A program made the translations under genes and the position numbers. 64,000 bases of DNA from Tepidisphaera sp. (GTDB lineage Bacteria > Planctomycetota > Phycisphaerae > Phycisphaerales > UBA1924). Below the pieces are notes generated by a model, which saw nothing but the letters and a program-made list of their open reading frames with translations, did not search any database and was not told where the DNA came from. The stretch is taken from assembly GCA_050916045.1 (NCBI GenBank), contig CP051526.1:1440001-1504000 (forward strand), read 5' to 3'. This document shows, piece by piece, positions 58,417 to 64,000 of the stretch; the stretch's first letter is position 1, and the number at the start of each line of letters is the position of its first letter.

Positions 58417-60189
58417 TCACTGGGCCGAGCTGGGAGGGCCGTTCATTTCCGCTTGACGCTGAGCTTCCTCTTGGGCTTCCCGCTGAACCTGAAGCTCGCC
58501 TTCGAGACAGTTTCGGATGTTGACGAGGGCGGAAGCCGCGAGGGTGCGGACGTCTTCGTCGCGGTGGCCGACAAGCGGCTCGATGTCGACGAGGTAGCGT
58601 TCGTACCCGGGTTCGCGTGCGTACGCCAGCGATTCCGCCCAACTTATGGCTTCGGCGAGAACATCGGCGGCGGGATCCTCGAACGCGCCGGCGAGCAGAT
58701 GGACGCGTGAGGGCTGTCCCGGGGCGCGGGCGTTGAAGCAGGCTTTCAGGGCGGGGGCGCGTCGGGGACCGGGTTCCGACGCGGTGTTCTCGATGAGCCG
58801 GGCGATCTCGGGGTCCGAGCCTTTCAGCGACAGGCGAGCGCGGGCCGCGATGTAGACGCGCCGAGGGTCGGTGCCCTCGCGGATCTCGAGATCGAGCCGG
58901 TCGCGGATCAGCGGCGGGAGCGGGCCGTCGGCGGTGGCGAAGATGCAGGCGAGCCACACCGAGTTGGTGATCTCCACGTCCGGCTTGTCGAGCGTCTGGA
59001 CCACCGCTTCGAGAGCGTGGGGCTCCGCATTGCCTCGGTTGATCAGAAGGAGGGTCGCACTCAAGAGGTCGGACCTTGCGGTAAGCGTGGGATAGAGCGT
59101 GAGGAGCGTCTCGGTGGCCTGGGCTTCACGCGTCTGTGCTTCGAGAAGCACGGTCGCGGTCTCGATGACCACCGACGGTTGTTGGTCGGTCAGGCCGGGA
59201 GCGATTTCATCGGCGTAGGTCGCGATCTGCGGTGCGGCCGCCTTGCGGATGGCTTCGAAACCGGCCCAGCCATCGGCGAGATTCCATCCATTGTCGATGA
59301 TCCCGACATTCAAGAGTTCCGCAGCGTGCAGGCGCACCACGGGGTCCGGATCGCCGAGCTTGCGAGCGACGAACGTGTACGTTTCGACGGTGACCGTGGC
59401 TTGGCCGACGCCCTCGACCGAACCGATACGCTGGACTGCCCAGCGAAGGCGTTCGAGCGACTTCGGGCTGCCGATCTCGCTTTGGAGGCGGGAGACATAC
59501 CACCCGCGCTGCCATTCCCAAGAGCGAGACTCGTACAGGCGTTCCTCGAGCGTCCATTCATCTTCGTAGTTGCTGTTGGCGACCCAGTCGTCCGGCAGGT
59601 GCGGGCCCAGAGCGATCATCAGGGTCGTCGGGAGCAGAGCTTTCACGCCGCCGGCCTGAACGTGGCTGAATCGCGGGACGAGCAACGCGACAAAGCCGAT
59701 GAGGACGGCCAGAATGACGAGCTTGGGGTGTCGGCGGGTGCGTTGCAAGCCGGCTTGGTCCTTCGCGTCCTGGCCGCACTCGGGGCAGATGAAGTTGCCG
59801 GTGGTCGGAGCACCGGCCATGTCGTACCAGCACTTGGGGCAGCGCAGGCTTCCTCGGGCACGATCGGAGAAGAGGCCCCACGCGCCGAGCGCGATGGCGA
59901 AAGCCAGGATTCCGGCCGCCATGGCGTGGAACGCCGTCAGTTCGTCAGATCCGCTCGTGCCGCCGTAGATCCAGTTGCGCAGGTAGGAGCCAGCGAAATA
60001 AAGCCCGATGCCGATGGGAAACCCGACACACCCCGCCACCACCGCGGCTTTCTTTATCTTGCGCGGCCCGCGAGCGGACCGGCCGACACGCGGCCGGTGA
60101 AGCAGCCCGCGAGCAATCAGCGAGCAGGACCACAGGGCGATGAAGGTGCCGAGGAACCAGAGAACGTGGTGGGCGTGCGGCTGGAGCAT
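58417..60189 (-). CDS. Multi-TM membrane protein with a CxxC zinc ribbon and HEAT repeats
   Basis: RCPKCWYDM...CPECG; HEAT-like LGDPDPVVRLHAAELL and DEDVRTLAASAL. TACACT lies 9 nt before the ATG. Confidence 0.82.
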   Translation of the reverse strand: MLQPHAHHVLWFLGTFIALWSCSLIARGLLHRPRVGRSARGPRKIKKAAVVAGCVGFPIGIGLYFAGSYLRNWIYGGTSGSDELTAFHAMAAGILAFAIALGAWGLFSDRARGSLRCPKCWYDMAGAPTTGNFICPECGQDAKDQAGLQRTRRHPKLVILAVLIGFVALLVPRFSHVQAGGVKALLPTTLMIALGPHLPDDWVANSNYEDEWTLEERLYESRSWEWQRGWYVSRLQSEIGSPKSLERLRWAVQRIGSVEGVGQATVTVETYTFVARKLGDPDPVVRLHAAELLNVGIIDNGWNLADGWAGFEAIRKAAAPQIATYADEIAPGLTDQQPSVVIETATVLLEAQTREAQATETLLTLYPTLTARSDLLSATLLLINRGNAEPHALEAVVQTLDKPDVEITNSVWLACIFATADGPLPPLIRDRLDLEIREGTDPRRVYIAARARLSLKGSDPEIARLIENTASEPGPRRAPALKACFNARAPGQPSRVHLLAGAFEDPAADVLAEAISWAESLAYAREPGYERYLVDIEPLVGHRDEDVRTLAASALVNIRNCLEGELQVQREAQEEAQRQAEMNGPPSSAQ

Positions 60190-60217
60190 GCGGAGGAGAG
60201 TGTAACGGAGGTCGGGC

Positions 60218-60269
60218 GGTGACCGATGGCAGGTGACCGATGGCAGGTGACCGATGGCCAGCGACCGAT
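60218..60269. repeat. 14-bp tandem repeat (GGTGACCGATGGCA), 3 units plus a partial unit
   Basis: Direct reading; it sits immediately upstream of the -10 box of 58417-60189. Confidence 0.9.
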
Positions 60270-60737
60270 CCCTGTTCCCATGCGGACCCAGACGGAGACG
60301 ATCTGGGACTCGAGGTTTCGAGACGCTGGTCGCAGGCTTGACAACGGAGAGCAGGGCATCCTGCTCACGGACATCCCGGCGTACGCCGATCGGGTGCGGG
60401 TCAGTGTGGAAGGGCAAGTCGAAGCAGTCGGCCCCGCCGGGGGCCTCATGATGCCTCAACCTCGGCACGGGGCCCAGGTGGCCGCGCGATGAACCAGCTC
60501 GTCGCGTGCGTGCCTTGGGCGGTACCTTTCCGAGCCCCATGCGAAGTTCTCAAGCGTGCGAAAGGGGCGGATCCCATGCTTCCGACCGCGGATGTTCGCA
60601 AGCGGTGCGGCACAGATATGTGGCAAACAATGGACATTGATGTGCGCACGAACGAAGCCTCGGACGAATTTCATAAATTTTCTTCGGAATTTGCACCAGA
60701 TGCGATTGCAGTCGGTTCGATAAGCTGATAAGGTGCA

Positions 60738-61229
60738 ATGATGAACCGATTGCAAGCAGTTCTGGTGGTGGCGGGTGCGACGTTCGTTTGCTATGGGTTT
60801 TTGGCGACATCAAAGGGAGTGCAAACGGCAAGTCCTGATGCAGCTTCTGATGCAGCTTCTGATGCAGCTTCTGATGCAGCATTTGGTGTGGCGCTCACGA
60901 ACGGATCCAAAGCCGAGCTACGCGGAGCGGACACCGGAGGCGGCACCACGAAGAAGTGCTTGGTGCCGGGTCCGACCATTGGTTGCCCAGGGAAAGCCTG
61001 TGGTTCCGGCGTCACAACGTGCGTCATCTGCACCAACGCGATCGTTCCTGCGAACGACGAGTGCAGCTCAGCGGGCACGCTTGGTGCCTGCACGACGGTG
61101 ACGGTTGTAAGCTGTGCGAACTTCACGCCTCCAAATAACGGCACAAAGGGGTATTGCTCAGCCGGACTGTGCATTCCGTACAATCCGGCGATTACAGTGT
61201 CGTGCGGTGTGTACGCGACCTGTCCATAG
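60738..61229 (+). CDS. Secreted Cys-rich precursor: signal peptide, DAAS-repeat spacer, double-glycine-type leader, and a 99-aa core with 12 Cys
   Basis: MMNRLQAVLVVAGATFVCYGFLATSKG...ALTNGSKAELRGA|DTGGGTTKKC...YATCP. AAGGTG RBS and an AT-rich upstream region. Confidence 0.8.
   Translation: MMNRLQAVLVVAGATFVCYGFLATSKGVQTASPDAASDAASDAASDAAFGVALTNGSKAELRGADTGGGTTKKCLVPGPTIGCPGKACGSGVTTCVICTNAIVPANDECSSAGTLGACTTVTVVSCANFTPPNNGTKGYCSAGLCIPYNPAITVSCGVYATCP
60835..60880 (+). repeat. In-frame 12-bp tandem repeat (CTGATGCAGCTT), nearly 4 units, encoding DAAS
   Basis: Perfect repeat inside the precursor pro-region. Confidence 0.95.
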
Positions 61230-61321
61230 TCCGCTCGGGCGGGCTGTGTTCCTCAGATGGTGTTGGGAAGGAAGTCAGGGTGTCCCGTCAAGGGCCTTTC
61301 TCGGAACGGTGCAAGGAGACG

Positions 61322-62485
61322 ATGATGCGAATGTTGAGTTCCTCACCAATCTTGCTGGCGGCGACGCTCATCGCGGCCCCGACCGTGGCTCCGATCACGG
61401 CCCTCGCGGTCAATCCTCCGGACGTCCGGGAAGTTGCCGCCGAAGTGCGGGCGATGCGGGGACTCTTCGACGGGGTCTCGGTCTCGTACATGGTCGAGAA
61501 GCGGGCGTTCACCAGCGAAGCGATGACGGACATTCAAACGCAGCGATTCTCATGCGAGATTTCGGTTCGGGAAGGGCGTAAACGCCTCCGCCAAACCGCG
61601 TACGACATGAATCAGCCGATCGGCACGGGGCCCAGCCGCACCGGCACGGCTTTCTTCGACGGTCGCGACTCGTTCCGGCTCCTCGAGCGTCCGGCGAACG
61701 CTTCCTTTCCCGGAGCGCCGGTCTACGTCAAGCCAGGCTTCTGCGATTCGATCTTTCCGACATACATCCTGGATAACTTCGAGTCCGCGATCTGGGGTGA
61801 CATGGTCCGCCCGCTCGACGCCGCGATTGAATCAGGGACGTACGACGTGTCGATCTCCGCGACCCCCGAGACTGTCGGGGGACATTCGACCTGGACGCTG
61901 ACGCTTCGCTCTTCGGCGGAGTCTGACGCTCGGACCTGGGAGGAGTGGAAAGTCTCCGTAGCGCCCGAGCTCGGAATGCTTCCGATTCGGAGCACGCTTG
62001 AGGTTCATCAGCCTGACGGAAGCGTGCAGTTCATCTCGGGCAAATGGGCCGAGGATTTCGTTCAGGCCAAGCCGGGCCTCTGGATTCCGCGGACAATCAC
62101 CTTCGGCGATCCTCGCAACCCCGGTGCCGAGACCTACACGCGGCTACAGGCGACGACGATCGGGGAAGCACCGCGAGCGGATGAATTACTCGCCGAGCTT
62201 ACCGACGGTCCGCGCGACATGATCGACTTTCGGACCAACGAACGATACTCGGTGGTCGATGGCCGGCCCGGACCCGCGCAACGGATCGCGGACGCTGCGG
62301 CTGTCCAACGCGAGCTGGACCAGTACATGAAGCAGACGGCTGAGGTTCGGCTCGCCGGTGCCTACACGCCGAATCGCGATGCAGGGATAGGAGCCCGCCC
62401 GGGCATGTCGAGCGTGGCGTGGGTCGCGGCCGGTCTTGGCTGCGTCGCGGCGGTGCTGGTCCTGAGAGCCGTCCGCAAAAGCTGA
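61322..62485 (+). CDS. Periplasmic protein (possibly LolA/RseB-like beta-sheet fold) with a C-terminal TM anchor
   Basis: AAGGAG RBS, signal peptide ending ALA-V, AFFDG, VAPELGMLPIR, GLWIPRT, and C-terminal VAWVAAGLGCVAAVLVLRAVRKS. Confidence 0.8.
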   Translation: MMRMLSSSPILLAATLIAAPTVAPITALAVNPPDVREVAAEVRAMRGLFDGVSVSYMVEKRAFTSEAMTDIQTQRFSCEISVREGRKRLRQTAYDMNQPIGTGPSRTGTAFFDGRDSFRLLERPANASFPGAPVYVKPGFCDSIFPTYILDNFESAIWGDMVRPLDAAIESGTYDVSISATPETVGGHSTWTLTLRSSAESDARTWEEWKVSVAPELGMLPIRSTLEVHQPDGSVQFISGKWAEDFVQAKPGLWIPRTITFGDPRNPGAETYTRLQATTIGEAPRADELLAELTDGPRDMIDFRTNERYSVVDGRPGPAQRIADAAAVQRELDQYMKQTAEVRLAGAYTPNRDAGIGARPGMSSVAWVAAGLGCVAAVLVLRAVRKS

Positions 62486-62665
62486 GCCAGAACGGTCGAA
62501 AGTCTCCGGTGGGCAAAGCGTGTGAGGAACGCTGGCGATTGGCCACTCCGCTGCCCCATTCGACGCGGCGAGATTCAACGGGATGGTCGCTGTGCGGTCG
62601 CGAAGGGCTCGCTTGCCATTCCTGCGCCCCAGCCTGCTCCGGCAGCGTGTCAAGAGGTGCTCTCC

Positions 62666-64000
62666 ATGCGACGAAAGCTGCTGTGCGCGGTGGCGTGTAT
62701 CGGGCTGGTCGCCCAAGCCGCTCCCCAGCTCCAGGTCCGCCCTCAGGCCGAGGTCATGGTGCCCGCTCAGGGGTGCGGCGCGGTCGCGATGTACCTGTAC
62801 ATGAAAGCCGTTGGTGTGGACGTGGACTACGCGGCCTGTGCGCGCGAACTGGGTGAATCAGGGGCCGGGGTTTCGGTGGCCGAGATGGAGAGTGCTGCCG
62901 CGGCGCTGGGATCTCCGCTTGTCGGCAGGTCGGTCTCGCGTCGCGAACTCGAGGGTGTCCGCGTTCCGCTCATCATGCTGACGCCGCCTCGCTATTCGCA
63001 GAGGGCACCCGGCGGCGCGATCATGTCGATCGGGCACTATGTGGCCGTTCTGCCGACAGGCGAGAGGGACTGGATCATCCTTGACTTTCCGGCTGCGAAG
63101 CCGCTTCGAGTCGACACCATGGGCTTGTGGAAAGCCATCGGTATCGACGAGAGCTCCCACGCCGTGGTGCTCGGGAGCGCCAAGCCCGCCGGTGGTGCCG
63201 GTGATGCTCCGCTCTCCGCGTACATGGCACAGCCCGCCGCGATACCGGCGCGAAGCGTTGCCGAGTCGGTCCACGACGCGGGCTTTGCTGATTGTCCCTT
63301 CGGAAAGCCGCGAACCGAGCACCTCGTCGATCTCTCGGCTCGATGGGCCGGAGAACACGCCCCGCTCCGCCTTGTGATCCGGAATGTGAGCTCACGCCCC
63401 ATCCTCCTCCGATCGGGCGAAGCATCGTGCTCTTGCATGAAGCTCTCCGCTCCTGAGAGCGTGATCCAGCCGGGGCAGTCGGCGGAGTGCTTCGGGGCGA
63501 TCACGACGGCGGTCGGCATGGACCGCAAGCCCGAATGGTCGGATCTCATCGCGACCTACGCGGATGATGGATCGCACGCGGGCTCGCTGAGGCTTGTGAT
63601 CAGAGCCGACGTGCGACTTCCGGTGATCGTCGAGCCGTCGACGGTCGCGTTCGGTCGCCTCTCGCCGTTTGATGCGGCCGAACCCATCCTCGTCAGGATC
63701 AGGCACCTGCGCGGGGAGGAGCTCGAACTGGTCGGTTCCTCGGACCCCGCATTCGAAGCGAAGCTGGTCGGCCGATCCGGCTCGCAAGCAACCATCGAGG
63801 TGTGGCCGAAGGTTCCCGCCTCGGCTTTCGGATACCGAAGGGCGGGCATTCATCTCGCAACAGCATCCCCCGAATCGACGAGGATCGAGATTCCGGTGGA
63901 AGCGACGTTTCTCGCTCCCCTCGAGCTTTCGCCGCAAGTAGCCGTGCTCGATCAGGCTTCGGGACCGGTTCTGGTTCGGGCTCGGGCGGTGGGGGATGGG
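62666..64000 (+). CDS. Signal peptide, C39-family cysteine peptidase, and DUF1573/Ig-like domains; runs off the right edge
   Basis: Manual translation, not in the ORF track: MRRKLLCAVACIGLVAQA...QGCGAVAMYLYM (Cys 62774)...GHYVAV (His 63035)...ILDFP (Asp 63083)...IRNVSSRPILL..EASCSCM..IQPGQSAE. The frame is open to the window end; GAGG RBS. Confidence 0.85.
   Translation, partial: MRRKLLCAVACIGLVAQAAPQLQVRPQAEVMVPAQGCGAVAMYLYMKAVGVDVDYAACARELGESGAGVSVAEMESAAAALGSPLVGRSVSRRELEGVRVPLIMLTPPRYSQRAPGGAIMSIGHYVAVLPTGERDWIILDFPAAKPLRVDTMGLWKAIGIDESSHAVVLGSAKPAGGAGDAPLSAYMAQPAAIPARSVAESVHDAGFADCPFGKPRTEHLVDLSARWAGEHAPLRLVIRNVSSRPILLRSGEASCSCMKLSAPESVIQPGQSAECFGAITTAVGMDRKPEWSDLIATYADDGSHAGSLRLVIRADVRLPVIVEPSTVAFGRLSPFDAAEPILVRIRHLRGEELELVGSSDPAFEAKLVGRSGSQATIEVWPKVPASAFGYRRAGIHLATASPESTRIEIPVEATFLAPLELSPQVAVLDQASGPVLVRARAVGDG

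Noticed and set aside
60226..60728. Short ORFs 60226..60492 and 60489..60728 upstream of the Cys-rich precursor
   Set aside because: No recognisable motifs; the first begins in a tandem repeat and the second spans an AT-rich, promoter-like region. Small genes cannot be fully excluded.

Overview
GC-rich bacterial chromosomal segment. The gene content (C-terminal 'CxADFNxDGFxDFFDY...GC' dockerin-like tails, DUF1573, a kinase-TPR protein, CxxC zinc-ribbon membrane proteins) points to Planctomycetota, probably Phycisphaerae; this is inferred from gene content only. Housekeeping genes: recA (truncated at the left edge), ygfZ-like, tRNA(CAT), iscS-iscU-iscA, an HglS/YdcJ-like dioxygenase, TspO, TlpA, M14 and S8 peptidases, a GH2-like glycosidase and a GT41 O-GlcNAc transferase. 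Four things stand out. (1) At the right edge is a three-gene locus: a Sec-exported 12-Cys peptide with an internal double-glycine-type (GA) leader, a membrane-anchored periplasmic protein, and a signal-peptide-bearing C39 peptidase-DUF1573 fusion without an ABC transporter. This is a candidate undescribed periplasmic peptide-maturation system. (2) At 36.3-42.3 kb is an array of single cargo genes, including an orphan Imm11-like immunity gene, bracketed by inverted GTGCCACCCGCC/GGCGGGTGGCAC motifs and repeated 89-bp modules. (3) Eight secreted proteins share the GC-terminated dockerin-like tail, five of them in tandem after the tRNA. (4) Three unrelated intergenic arrays share a 21-bp period, and many genes have a TAnnnT -10 box 5-9 nt before the start codon, suggesting leaderless mRNAs. 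No CRISPR array, rRNA, integrase or transposase was recognised. All family assignments come from motif recognition by eye, not database searches.
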